From NCBI GenBank assembly GCA_000708835.1, contig DF236961.1, positions 186,001 to 250,000 on the forward strand: a stretch of 64,000 bases of DNA, in the 5' to 3' direction. Under the pieces are notes generated by a model, which worked only from the letters and a program-made list of their open reading frames with translations, made no database searches and had not been told where the DNA came from. The translations under genes and the position numbers were made by a program. Positions 22,001 through 35,737 of this stretch are shown here, piece by piece (the first letter of the stretch is position 1; every line of letters begins with the position of its first letter). The stretch is from Klebsormidium nitens. Its lineage: Eukaryota; Plantae; Klebsormidiophyceae.

Positions 22001-23281
22001 TCGCGAGGAAGGTCGCCTGGGATGCCCAGCTCTATGCAGCATCTGGTATCTTTGCAAACCCAGATCAGTAGTACTTCAGAATGTTTGAGGTGGTAACTCT
22101 TGTGATGGCAAAATGCTTAGTAAAATGTGCAGTCTTGGCTAAAAAGTCCGTCACTTTTGCATAAAGTAAGAGTACCCCAACACTTTGTGCCTTTGAGACT
22201 GCAAGACTTTTCGCATAAAACTTCAGAAGCGGAAATTGCTTGTCCAGACCACACCAAGAAGGACATTGTTGATTGAGTCAGCAACCAGGTTTGGCTTGGC
22301 AAGTTTTAATTCAAGTTTGTCTTGCTCCGTGCTTATCTAGGCAACCTAATGCTCCTGGCCTGCTTTGAGGAAGGGCATGCATGGGACCCCGTTTTGGCTC
22401 TGACCATGAAGATCAAGGAGGTCCTGAACATCGTCAATGCATTAGGTAGAACTGTCTCTTTTTCTCCATACAATCAGTGTCCAACCAAATGTTCTGTTTT
22501 CAAGAAGCTTTCAAAATCTGAGAAACTCAGGTTCGAATATTACTTGGAAATGTTGTCCTACTTGTGCTCTACAGTAAGAGTTGTTGTATGAAGGCAACCG
22601 TTGCTGCAACAATGCAGTTTGCGCAGGCATAGTCCAGCACAGAGCACTCTTTGCAGGTGCAGCCGGGCGTTCAATTATCTGGTAAAGCTGAGACTTTCAG
22701 TCAGACAAATGGTGCTCAGTTAGCTATGGGCTGAGCTACATATGCAGCACGGAGGCAAGCTCTGAAAGGTGGTCTGAAAGATTAAGCAGGACGTTGGAAG
22801 CTGCGAAAGAAATGTGAAAACTAAAATGGTTGTTTTTTTGCTTAGAGTTTACAATAGTGCCTGCCTCACATTTGGCTTCATCAACAGAGCCACATTTCCG
22901 CTTTCGAAGCACGCCAGTGGGGGCCCCCTTCAGAAAGCAGCACCCCACCAGGCCCGTCTCATTCCTTGTACTGAACCCCCTTGCATTTCCCCAATGGTAC
23001 GACACCCCGAAGCACTCTTTGTGGGCATCACAGACTGCAGTGCACGCCTGCAGGGACGGCTGTGCGTGCCCCGAGTACTCATCACACCGCTCCAAGGTAG
23101 TCACGTTGTCATTGACGAGAACTGTCTCGCCCAAGACGTCGCTGTTCCGGTACAGCGTGTAGCCTGGAAGGTCACGTGAGAGTGATCTGAAGTCACGTCC
23201 TAGTGTCCACCACAGAAGCAGAGCGCAGAGGGAAAGTGCCGCTGCCCAGACCGCACCATCCTTGCCCGCGAACGCCATCAT
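16067..23281 (-). CDS. RLK/Pelle receptor-like Ser/Thr kinase: signal peptide, PAN/apple-like module, Cys-rich repeats, Pro-rich linker, TM helix, kinase; carries an apparent 1-nt frameshift
   Basis: Kinase exons about 20155-19971 ([14 protein letters not shown]), 19135-18976 ([20 protein letters not shown]), 18406-18252 ([11 protein letters not shown]), 17925-17815 ([17 protein letters not shown]), 17382-17269 ([16 protein letters not shown]) and 16438-16067 ([11 protein letters not shown]). TM helix [25 protein letters not shown] followed by KRRRK. Signal peptide [28 protein letters not shown]. Exon boundaries between about 22050 and 22870 are uncertain. Confidence 0.88.
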
Positions 23282-23346
23282 GGTCTGCTCAAGAGAATGT
23301 GTCAGGAGATCAGCTCGTTTGAGGCCGTGCGACGATATGTACAGAA

Positions 23347-23385
23347 ACCGCAAGAGGAAGGAGCGGGGGGGCTTAAGGGGGCGCT
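23347..23385 (+). repeat. Short dispersed repeat, copy 1
   Basis: 24-bp accgcaagaggaaggagcgggggg is identical to 56681-56704, and both are followed by a similar ggggcgc. Confidence 0.7.
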
Positions 23386-26300
23386 GTTGACTCCCCACTG
23401 AAGTGCTGACAATATTCACAGGGCTGTCCTGACTGAGAATTTCAGTCAGGATACGGTAGTCCTACCCCTGTGAATATTGTTAGTGAAATGCCAGCGGCCG
23501 AAGACAAAGCAGAACTGCCGGCCACTGCCAGGTACGGTAGTCTTCGTGTCGTGACTCGTAGGTACCGTATAGGTATCCTATTGACAACCCAAGGGCCGGA
23601 TCGAGTACGGTACGGTACCTACTACCTCATACCGGAAAGTCGCGCCGGAGTCGCGTACATGGTACGGACCCCGGAATCGAGCCGAGATTCAGAATGTTGT
23701 AATGACGAGCGAGCACCGGGACGCAAAACGGCCAAATATTGCCCTGTTTCTACATAAATTCGCGCTTATCGTCGAAAACGCCGGATTCGATGCCGTGCGC
23801 TCGGGCAGCTTTGCATTTAGCGACAGAATCTTGTGACGGATCGTACCTCACGTCAATGCTGCAGTCTGCCATGCAATTGAAGAGGCCGTCGACGATGAGT
23901 ACTCGGGAGTCGGGACGTCTGCCTAGGGCGATGCTTTACCTGAAATCAAGTTGAATTTGTCGCCGCGAATATCTAACCGAGGGGCAAGTCGGAAGTAGAA
24001 TCAGGATTTTGGATGGACCGTGGACCACAGGTCCGTGGTCCGTACAGTATGCGGACTTGAAAATTTGGGTTCTGCTGACCGGGTTCTTTCTACCGGGGTA
24101 ATGTGGAGCTGAACGACCACAATATTCTGTTAATTTTACAGCTGCTTATTCCCGGTAGCTAAAGTCGGTCCTTCGCTCCACCTGTTGGACCGCGTGGGTT
24201 AAGAGGCAAGTTCAGTATCACATCGTAGATTAGTTTTTGTCAACTTTCGATGCGGATATAGCGGTCAGCGGACAGTACCACAAAATCCAATGTCACCTAG
24301 CCTGTCCCATCCTATAGGCTACCGTACACAATTTGTTTAGCCAGGTCATTCTAAGTTGACACTGTCCATTTAATCGGATCCCTTTCGGGGGTGGAGGAAA
24401 GCGAGGACGGGCCTGTTTCCCATTCTGCGAACGGACAGCCGCTGTCCAGGGAACGGAGGACGTGGGAACTCGGTTCCCACGTTTTATCGCTGATGACGAG
24501 CCCAACGAGTTTTTGAAAGGGCTGCTGGGGCGGTGGGATGAGGTTTCGCCTTCGACTGCGGTTCGAGCGTTCGAAAGCTGAACGGCTGGACGCCCGAGGA
24601 GCGCTCGATGCTCCGTAACAGCGGCAGCGGGGCGGCAGCGTCAAGGCTTGGTGTCGGGCCAAGTTTGAGGAGATGCTGAAAAGGAGCGGGTTCTACGTGC
24701 GTTTCATGCGCAAGACCTCGTTGCGACACGCGTAGAGAGTGTTTTCGGGACGGATGACGAAAGGGAGAAAGAGACGGAGAAAGCCCCCGGCGCAGAAAAG
24801 AGAGGGCGGGTCGGACGTTGAGGAACCGGGCGCAAGCGCTGACGTCAGGAAGTGAAAATCGGAGAACGGGGGCGCTGACGCTAGTGCGCCCAAGAGGGTT
24901 CGCGGAACAGGGAATGGCAATTTGCCCGGGGCGTCGTAAGACTAATACACGTGCCAGAGAAGGCTCTCACAGAACACCGGCTTAACAGGGACGGAAAAGG
25001 ACTCAGAGACCGAGAAAAGCGGGGGAGTGGAGAAATGGACGTCGCCGGCCAGAAACTTGGCCAGCCAAGTCAGTTTTCTCTGAGTGACTAGTTAGTAGAG
25101 TTATTGACAAGTGGAGAGGAAGACAAGCGTGCAGCCGATACAGAAAGAGAGAGAGCGGACCAGTCGTTGACTCTGCGGAGGCGGCCGTACCTGAAGGGAG
25201 CGCTTCTGAGACGGAAGAGGCGAACGCTAATTGGCGTCACGTCTTGCGAGGTGAGCGACGAAGCTTTTCCAAAGGTACGAGTCTCGGAATAGAAGACGAG
25301 CCTGAACGCATAGGCTTGCGGATTGCAATTCGAGAGGACGCCGTTGTTCTTTCTGGACGTGGTAGTGCCGGGCCAGTACCATTGTGCTCAAATCCCTCAG
25401 ACTTTCAGACACAAGGGCACCACTCCTAATATGGAACATTTGAAACTTGAATTGCACTTTACCCGAGATTTTAAAATCTCCACACTTGCCATTCTGCCAT
25501 CATAGGCGAATCCCCAGGTGAAAATACGCCTGCGCTTTGCCTGCAAACTTCATTTTCTTTCGAAGATGATCCTAGATTTTCATCATTCCAGATGTCCTCC
25601 CGGATAGGCTTGCTCTTCCGCCGTATTGATCTATTTCTCGTTTGTTAATCGATCTCACTGACCCTAGTCAAGATTTATACAACCGTCTGGTCGTCTGGGA
25701 CCGACATTCTTCAGCTCTGCAGTGTTTCAATACCTTGGCTTCAGCGTTTCTTTGAGCTCGCTCCTCTGCTTCCTCGCTGAATGAATTCATCCACTGCTAC
25801 GGGCCTGGCGTCGGTGTAGTCGTCCATTGAGCGCATGTGCGCATGTGTTTGACAGGGCCCATATACGTTTTTCTATGCCAGGTGCTGTACCCAACGACCG
25901 TAGACGCCTTATCCCAGGTGACGGCAGGGAGCAGGGGTTCCAGCTTAATCTTCGGAGCTTTGTGCTCGCTTGTTCAGCCTCCGTGGGAATCTACCTCGAA
26001 AGCATGCAGGCAGCTCTCAGGTATCATCCCATGCATGCGGCCTCCCGATCGCGCCACCCAGTCATTCAGCGGCCCAATCCTTTGCTTCCCTAGGAAAAGT
26101 GCCAGTGCTGAACCTCCTTCAAATAACAAGTATGCTCTTGTAAGATGCACATCTCGGTCCCAATCTTTGCAACCCTCTTCTGCACAGTCGCCAATTGAGA
26201 CTCGCGGTGGCAGATCCACATCATATAATCTGCCCCCTTGGGCCACCCAGTCAATCGGCGCACGGTTCTTGGCTTCTAATTCAGATCTATTTCAGAGAAC

Positions 26301-26973
26301 GTTTGTTGAATTGGAGAGGAATACAACGTGCACTTGCAGAAGAAGCGCATATTTCGCTCGAATGAATTCGACGCGAAGTTATCAACATCACCAACACCGT
26401 CAGTGAGATAATGAAGACAGAGCCTTGAGTCGTTGCCCAAAGAATGCCCCTATGCCTGCATGAGGATCCAGTAAAGCGCCCGCTAGTCACATGTTTGACT
26501 ACTAATTTGACTATCTCATGAATCAGTATGCTATATCTAGCTTAGCTCACGAGGAGATTCCAGCAAATTGTATGTATGTTGATCGACCTCGCATGCATGT
26601 GGTAGACACTGCGTATACATGCATCATATTGAGTGCACTTCTAAAATATACAGAAAAAGTTGATCAGCAGTGCTGAGTGTCACTGCGAAGGTACTTGATC
26701 CGAGGTGCTCCATGTGCATTTTTTCAAAGCCGCCAGCTCCGTCCAGCAGCAAGACTGCCGAATGTTTGTGTCTTCAGAGAACATGTTTCTTGAATTAAGC
26801 GCCGAGCTGGCTGTTAGTGACAACGAGGACGTTGTCCGTTTATTCGAGTTAGAGTGCGAATAGACATCTCATGTTCTCCAACCTCCACAGACCTGCAAAC
26901 ACTGCGGGCTGACAACTTATACCTCCGTCTGCAGCCGGGCGCTTTTTGACTACCAATCCCGCTAGACTACACC

Positions 26974-29900
26974 CTACTCGTGAGGGTCACTATCCCACAT
27001 TGCTGCCATGTGCCCTGCCTCGTGCACCGAATCTCCCTTCCCAAACCCTGGTAAATCTAAACCCTCCCCAAGCCCGGGCGACATCGCGTCGAAGTCTTGC
27101 CCAGAATCCATTTCCGTAAGCTGATCCACTCCTTGCTCCTCATCTGTCTGGGGCCGCTTATAAGCGCCCCCCATGACTCCGGGCGAGCTCGCAAGACCCG
27201 ACTCCGAGCGAGTCTCCCTTTGCTCCTGCTCTTGGATCGCGTCCGCGACTTCGCGCGCGTCCTCCTCCCGCAACTTATTCTTTATTTCGGCGGCGCGTTC
27301 TTCCTCCTCCTCCCATCCCGAGAACACGGCCGCGGGCGCGCGCCCGCCTTCCGTCTCGCTCGGAAAGACCGTCATCGGACTTGCCAGCAGAGCCGCCGTT
27401 GACGTGGGGCCCCGAGGTGCGGTCGGCACTGCTGCCGACTTCTGCTTCAGAACCTGTAGAACGGAAGAGCCCGTCTGTTGCATGTCTTCCTCTTCTTTTG
27501 TCAGCTGTCTGTTGCACGTCTCCTTGTGACGTCAGCAAATTGTTCAATGCGGTTTAGAACGTTGACATGAATGACACAATTCAACAGCCAATTTGGGGTA
27601 AGTGTGAGAAACCGCCTCGAACTAATCAAGGATAAGAAAGCCCGGGTATTGATTCTCCGGTCAGGGCCGAACTTCTGCTTCCGAACCACTCCCTAGCATC
27701 TCCAATGACCTTCTTCGGACGATCTCAACGAAGCTGATGTTTCCAAATCCCGATCCTAGAAATTCCGATTCATTCTATGTGAAGGGCTGTATTAATGGGA
27801 ATCTTTCGCACCTCCGGGGGGAACTCGATGAGCTTGGCTGCGAGGTGCGCGGGCACCAGGCACAGGCCCTGGTCGAGCAAGAAGCGAACCGCTTGTTCGG
27901 GACTTCTTTGGAGTTGCGCCGCCACTTGGGGGGCAGCTGCCGCTGTGGCAGCGGTTACGTTCCCGGGGGGTACGCCGCCCCTCCTGGTGGCGACTTCGGG
28001 GAGCCCCCCGGGAAGCGTCTCGCGGACTGACTGCGCAGTGTCTTGTGAACCTATGCTCAGTACCTGCGGGGGCGGGGGGCGTGAAGTCAGCAAGCGGGCG
28101 GAGGACGTCAGCAACCAGACGCAGAAATACCAAAGGTGCCACCTTGTCTCGACGTCAAAACCTCGCCATCGAGGATTTTGCAGACGGCTACACAAGAATC
28201 TGGAGCATTGCTGCACTTACGATCCAAGAAACCTGAAGTTGGTGATCACCCGAAAAACGCATTTTTGAGCGAAGACGAAGGAAGCGAAGGAGGAAAAAGA
28301 AAAGGAGTACGATGAATATGAACAAGGTGGGGCACAATGATGGAAGCAAAAAGCAACGGCAAAGGAGGAAGAGGAATTGAGTCTGAAGTACATGGAAAGG
28401 ACGACTCCGAGGAAGGGAGGGGTGCCTTGAAGCAAGACGAAGAGTAGATAGATAAACCACAGACGGCTGGAACAAGGAGTGAGTCCACCTGGAAATTGTC
28501 ACCAGAAAAGGACGAGAGAAGGGAGGAAAAAGACGACAGCGGCTGACCTGAACCTGCAGCTGCATAAATATGACATACTCGATGATCTCTTCCAACATGG
28601 AGGCCTTATCCATCTTGTGGCGGTGCGGGACCAGGCTCTCCAGCTGCCGCATCTTCTCCGTGATCTTGTCCCGTCGAATCTGCACCCGAGCACATTCTGG
28701 ATTTACACAATGGTTTGTAAGGGGAAACCACGGAACTTTCCTCCATGGAAGGAGAAGGGAGGGTCCGTACCTTTTGGGGAACCCTGCGCCAACGATGCTT
28801 CAACGTTGGAGCAACAAAGTGCATGAGAGACTCGAGAAAGGCTCGTCAGCCTCGAAAGAAATAGAAGGCCTCGAAAGCACCCGGAGATCTCAAGAGCAGA
28901 TGTCAGATCTCCATTTTCTGCTTGAAAGCGCCCTGAAAACGTCCACTTGTTGGCCAGAAAACTGAACTGGCAACGGATAAAGCGTCCACCTGGAGCGTCT
29001 CTTCAACCATGCAAGGCTTATTTTTGCCAGCGTGCACTTATTAACGGCTCCACTTTATAGAGTTGTGGCCAGACTCCCAAAGCGTGGGTTGAAAAAGGCG
29101 ACACTGGCAGGGCATCGAAGATTCCAAAAGTGAACTTTTATAATCCATTCGTCGCAACCCAACCTAGCGCCTTCATTGAGTCTGAACTAAGTTCAAGACA
29201 CCCCTTCCGAGGATTCCAATTTCTCCTTAATACTCGGGGGACATGAGACGAGCAAACCATTTCTTTCGTAAGTCATTGACAAAATTCTCACCCGTTCCGC
29301 GACACTGTGGGGGTCCGTTGCCTGACCCCTCTTGGCTCTGTTCAGCTTCACTGGCGTCTCCCCTCGCGCCTTATCCACGTCCGCACCCCGCCCCACGCTT
29401 TGCGCCCCTCCCCCCTTCACCTCCGTCATCGCGTGCCCCTTCTGCTCCTCGTTTCGTGCGGGACTGGGGAAAGAGTACTGCGCCGGGCTACCCCCCCCTA
29501 GGGGCTTGGCAGGCCGCGCAATACCAGGGACCAGTGCGGTGTTGGGGAGGGGAAGCGGGGTTTGGAACTGGAGGGCGGGGGTGGGGGGAAGGGGGGGAAT
29601 CGTGACCTGGGAAACGCGATTGTTGAAGGTGGGTGCGCGCGGGATCTGGCAACCCGGAATAAGAGGGACGTTAGAGTCTCTAAGTTCTTTGCGTCAAAAG
29701 CTTCCCTCGGATTTCAGATGCTCCGAGCACAGTCCCTGATGCTGAACCATTCGAGCAACGACAAGGAGGGCATAGAACGGCTCAAAATCAGGAACCATGC
29801 TCCGGGGACTGGAAGCCGATGGCAAATCCGACACAATAAGCTGTAGCAGCAAATCAGGTTGCAAAGCCAGGGTCTTGAGCGCTTTGCTTCCAAGCCTGAC

Positions 29901-32900
29901 AGGTTGAGGGTTCGGATAATTCTTGTCCCTTAGACTCGGGTATCAGAAAAGGACTTCGGACTTCGGACAAGGTGTTGTCAGCTTGACAGTCTTGACTATG
30001 CAAGATGAGGGTGACACTAAGACTTTTTAAAGGTGTCGCAATCCCATTGACTTCAAAAGTCAAACACACTTTGCTTTAGCCTTACACGGACAACAAGCTT
30101 CTGAACTCTTAAACGTGTTCCTTACCCGTGTCCAGAATTGTCAACAAGAGTTTCCAAGCACAACACGTTGCGGTGCACAGCCGAGGCCACTAAAACGGAA
30201 GTCTTTCAACAGACAATCCGACACAGCAGAGCCCAAAAGTATTGTTCTGAAAGTTTGATCTATGGGGTCTTACAGTGCAGCCACAGATGAACAATGATGC
30301 CTTGCTGGGCCTCCACTCCTGTGGTTAGATGCCCTCTGGAAGCGCCAACGACTACCGATCAATCTGTAGGGTGCTTGAAAGAGCTTTTTCAAGGGTTGAA
30401 AGGCATTTTCGCTATTTGCTAGGTGGTAAATAGATACGCTACGAAAATGACTCATGGCCGGGTACTCACCGCCCCATACGAGATTCTGCTGGACGGCGCA
30501 GGCGAGTTGCCCTGGCGCTGCCGTTTGCGGTCCGTTGGGGTGCTCTCTGCACTCGCCTCCTCCATGCTCGTTTCCGCTGGGTACTGACTTTCTGTGCGGA
30601 ACGAGAGGCCGCGCTTTCCAGTGCGGATGGAGCCCTGGGACAGGGACCCTCCCATGCTAGTTTCCTGCAATAGGATTTTGGGGTTATCAGCTATTGCATT
30701 TCCTGTCCCCAATATTGTGACCGCAGCTGAACATATCTGGGAGATGAAGCTTCCACTCGACGCTACGCTCCTACGAGAAGAAACCGTAACGGCTCCAACC
30801 CGCACATACTCTGTGCGTGAAAAGCAGTCTTAAATGCATGAAGCATTCTCGTTTCCTTCCATGATCCACACCCAAGCTGAGCAAAGTAAGAAGGACTTCT
30901 CAGTACAGACCCAACCTTGAAGAGCAACCACCCCATGCTAACTTCCTGCTTAAGTAAACTGGGAGCTGCACATTGGTTCTCTTTTTGTTCTACGCAGAGA
31001 AGCTGCCTTCTAAATCGCACTTTCAGTGCGAAGCTCAACGAAGAACCCACCCAAGCTCAGCTTTTGCACAGTGTAATGTGGACAATGGGAAAAAAGGTGA
31101 CTCATGCTGGTCTCTACAGTGGTGATACTGAAAGCCTGAAGTGCTACGAGGCTGGGACAACTTGCCAAATGAATGCGGTTTGTTTGAAAGCCAACCCAAC
31201 GCTTGGTTCAACATGGTAAAAATGCTTCTGAACAAGGTACTGCAGCCCAGTGGACCACCAGCTTGCCCAAGGTTAGCAGCAATGGAGAGAATTAATGCAT
31301 GTATGTTGAGCAATAACGAACCAGAATATTAAAATGACGTCATCTGACTTTACCCCATCGGTTCACGCGCAATCAGAACGCATCTCAACTTTAGCAAACC
31401 GACAAGCAGGTCAGCATCTTTGCATGTATTTTTCCAGCCAAGCTGCAAATTTTGATTTGAAATCAGAATGTATCCTCACCGCCGGCTGCGCGCTTAAGGC
31501 GCCTCCCGCCATCAGCGCTCTCCTCATCGCATCGCTGGTCAGCGGGGCTACGAGCGACGACAGGTTCTGATGCCCTTGTCGGCCTTGCTCCGAGCTACCC
31601 CCCCCCTGAGTCGCCGACAGCCCCTGAACCCGCTGCGGCAACGTATGCTGCTGTCCCACAATTACCTGGGCTACTTGGTCAGGCACCGAATAACCGGGGG
31701 ATTGCAGGCCCCCCCGCCCGAGCTGCTGCGCCGTGGCAGCCGCAAACTTTTGCGTGTTGAGAAACGCGCTCAGGCTGCCCTGGTTCTCCTTGGACAGCGC
31801 CGACTGCCAGAGCTCCGTCATCTGGGGGGTCAGTTTCGACAGCCCGGGTAGGGGGGGCATCGGGCTGATCTGGGCGGAGGGGTCGTGTGACGGATTCAGC
31901 AGGCCGGCCCCCAGAGAGATATTCCCCCCTAAGCCCCCAAAGTTTGCCAGGGAGGGGGGATGATGGCTAGGCTGCTGCTGGAAGGTAGGCAGGGGGGGTA
32001 TCTGCGAATGCAGGTGGAAGGACTCCTGTAACTGCCGAATCTGCTGCTGCCGCAACAGCCTCTGCTGCTCCTGCTGCTGCTGCTGCTGCTGGAGGATGAG
32101 ATTGGCCGCCAGCTTCGTGATCCGAGCGTTTGTCTCGTTTGCGGGGAGGTTCACGGTTGCCAAGAACCGGTCCAGGACCGATTCGCCGCTTCCCGGGGGG
32201 GGTGGCGGCGGAATGTTCCACTGAACGTTATCTTGAGCAGGGAAGCTGGACAGCAGGCTGGGGGTTTCTTGGGGCGGAGGACCGAGACCGCCCCCCCGTT
32301 CTGAAAACATTGACGAAGAGGTCTGCAAACCCGAGCGGGGGGTGCGCGGCTGGCCTAGGAGCTGCTGAATCTGGCCCCAGCTAGCGGAAGCCGGGAGCTC
32401 TACCCCCATACTCTGGAAGTGAGAGTGCAGGAACGACAGGGAACGGGGGGACAGAACATCTTCCACCGACTCCGTTGGATCGCGAGTTGCGATCGCAAGG
32501 CGGAGGTTGTTCAGCTTGTTGGTGGTGCTTGATTGAGTGGGCGAAGCTAGGGACGGGAGAGACGTGGAGTAGAGCGAGGAGTTCGTAAAGGATGCTGGGC
32601 CTCGTGCTGGGGAGTTGAAAGGTGCAGGAGGGATGGTCAAACTGAACGGGTTGAAGGGGGCTGCTTGGTTTTGCTGAGGCGGGAAGTTGTGAAGGTTAGG
32701 CAGGCTCGGGAGGTTAGAGAAGTTTGGGAAGCTCGGGAGGTTTGAGTGGCTCAGCGGGGTCTGGAAGCTTGTGCGGTGTAGCTCCTCGAGGCTCTGGCGC
32801 CCCTGCGTGGCCTCCAAGGAGAGGCCTGGCTGCTGTTGCGAAAACGGCCTGCGAGAAGGGCTGCGGCAAATCAGCGACGGTAAGAAGAACTACAAAGGAC

Positions 32901-33751
32901 AAAGCATCGTGGTAAACAAGAGGTGGCAACTTCAAAGAACTTGTCCCCCTTTCAGTGACATTGAAGGTCAGTATTTGAGGTTGCTCCGCAAATCTCGGGG
33001 TGATGAGTTTCCTTAGGACCACGGGGTGGTGGACGGTAAGGAGGGTGACCAATGAGAACTCCGGCCGTTAGAAAAGTCCTCAGTTGCCTGACCTCGGTCC
33101 TTATCCTGCAGTTGTAAAGTTCAAAGGGTCAAGTCGTGTGCAGGTCCCTGACAGAGTCTTGTAGTGTGACATTCCCACTTCAACCGTTGAGAGCTACTCC
33201 TATTTAAAATCTTATGCTACTTTACCTCTCCCGCACCTTGATCCGCTGACCAAGAAAGGCTAGTAGCTGCCACCCCTCAGGCCGAATCGCCCTTTTCTTG
33301 CACCTCCAAATGTTATAATGGCTTTGTTCAAGACTGAATCGTGAACAACTCATGCACCTGGGATAGCCTCAGGTGATTCTACAACTTGGAGCACTACCCT
33401 TACCCTTTTGAGCTCAGTCAAAAGCAGCCAGCAAAAACACACCCATATATGATGTTGCCCTCAGAATGTCTCCACTTCTGACTGCGCAGAGACAGGGACT
33501 GGGACACCGTAACTCTTGAAAAGCGTATCGCTCATCTAGCATTGCTATTTGAGTGGGGCTCATGCGCAATTCACAGCGATTACTTACAGCAGCATTTGTG
33601 ATGCCTCGCCGGTTCCGGTCCCCCCATCAGGACCTGGCTGTTGGCCCCCCTGGGACAAATTGAATATTGCATCGAGGAGACTGCTAGCATCCCCGTGTCC
33701 GGAACCGTCAGAGCCTAGCGATTGCCTGCCATGCCTGTCATTGCTGGACAT
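26974..33751 (-). CDS. LRL: LRL-type (bHLH subfamily XI) transcription factor, paralogue 2
   Basis: Exons 33751-33588, 32860-31480, 30664-30470, 29567-29292, 28679-28548, 28063-27812, 27453-26974 join in phase. bHLH: [16 protein letters not shown]|[44 protein letters not shown]|VLS. LRL domain: [30 protein letters not shown]. Poly-Q tract at about 32066-32092. Confidence 0.9.
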
Positions 33752-34976
33752 TACCTAGTCAACCAGGGGGCCCCTGGTCAAGCAGATACATTTCAGGTTC
33801 GCCGAGGACAGGTTCCGAGCCTAGCCTGCCACTATTACGTGCGTATCCTGCAACCTCTTTACAGCAAACCACCCCCAGCCTGTCAAAAACCAGTTCACCG
33901 GAAGCCTTTGAAAAGCTTCCAACTTTAAGATTTCTTGCAAGCACCTGCGCAGCAAAAGCAATGCTTTGTTAGCGCACCAGCTTTCAGCAAAATTGCAATT
34001 TGAGAACGATAATATCATGTTACATTCTGCTGATGACTTGCACTCAGGTAAAGCAAGCAAGTTGTAGCGATCTTGTCAGACTGTGTGAGGCCTGATCCCA
34101 ACTCACTGTGTTTGTAAATGGACCTGTGCTTAGCGACCCCACTCATTGCACTGCAAGGTGTCTTCTTGGTTGACCACATGCAATGTACATAAACATTGGA
34201 AACAACCATCCTTCTGGCATCTCTTGGTTGGTCGGTCCCCTTTCAACTGGACATACATCAGGGCATGGGCAAAATGTTTCAGAATCAAGCCAAAGGAACT
34301 GTGTAGTTTGTCAAAAGCAAGGAATTGTCAACCACTTGACTGACGTGCTTGAAAAAGAATCCTGGCATGTATTCTCAAAGCTGGGACTCAAAGTCCTACA
34401 ATCAACGAGGCGCGCCAGACACAGTGTACTTACAGGAAATCTCATATTTCAGACAACCTCTAAACCATTCCTTTTCCAAATGTAGCACACAATATCAGCA
34501 TTCTTAGCAGGATTACCATGCAGACTAGGTGGCAAGGCCAGACTCTCCCCTGAGTGCCTTTGCATGTTGAAACAAAGCGCACTCAAGCTCAAGCCACAAA
34601 ACCACAAAGGGCAACGCATGCGATGCCCCACCTGCTAAACCCCCTTCTTCAGCGCTGTAACTGATGTCCACTTATCTCTTTCAGGGCGTTGTGTGCAACT
34701 CAGGTAACTGGATCCAGCCTGCTTTTCCTAACAAAGACCGCGCGTCTTGTTGATTCTGTTGTCTGCACTTTTCTCCAGCTACCGTAGCTCAAAATCCACA
34801 CTGCTGAAAAGAAGAAAGCTGCATTTGAAACCTTTTAAAGGTCTTGGCAATGGTTGACATCCTACTGACGACCGGTCATCATCTGAGCACCATCGTGAGC
34901 AGCCTTCTTTGCTGCCGCTTTTCGCGAAGTCAAGAATTTGGAAGGGAGTCAAATTCGGTACCCCCGGAAATACTGA

Positions 34977-35012
34977 CTCAGAGTGACAGAGTCAGAGTCA
35001 GAGTCAGAGTCA
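34977..35012 (+). repeat. (CAGAGT)n hexanucleotide microsatellite
   Basis: ctcagagtgacagagtcagagtcagagtcagagtca, about 6 units. Confidence 0.85.
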
Positions 35013-35737
35013 AAGGCGAGAGAATGTCAAGGGTCTTCGAAATTGGGTTCCTGATCACCCTGTCGAATGTTTACAAATTTTTGAAGAGCGTGTATCGTCA
35101 GCATTGGTTATATTTCTTTTCCGCTAACTCCATTCGTCCGTTGTCTCGTATCGAACACCTCTCTGTGTGCAGTACAGTGTATCGACCCGACACAGACCCT
35201 AGTTGGAAGCAGTTGGGAGCGGGTTTGGTTTTACAGGTTTATCTACAAATTCGATGCCTGAATTACTTTCCAATACTCGGCGAACAGTGGAGTCACCGTC
35301 ACTCCCACCGTATCTCGATCATATCCTTGGCCGTCGCCTAAATTTACTCCAATGATCACGTTTGCACACGTTGACATCAGCGTTTTCGCACATGGGTAAA
35401 CGCAAGCCGTCCATCTCCAGCGTGTTTGATGCAGAATCCATTCTTGACGTCAGCCTCCTCCGCCAGCTAAAATCTCTGAATTTACCTATATGTCGGATAG
35501 ATTTAACCCCATAATTAAAGCCGTACCCTGGTATCGTACAGTTTCTTCGGTGCAGTCATGCATCGGATGTGTGGTCAACCAGATTGCGTGATCACTTCAA
35601 AACTTCGTCGGGTCGTATTACCACGTCATTAACACGGTATGTACCGGTCTGCCAGGTTTCCGTGTGGAAAAGTGAAGGTAGGTATGTACCTCCTTATCTA
35701 GCCTGGTACCTGGGGTACTGGCAACTCCTTTGTCTCC

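Noticed and set aside
24003-24290. Possible MITE bounded by ggattttg / caaaatcc
   Set aside because: The inverted match is only 8 bp, it does not extend convincingly and no TSD was found.
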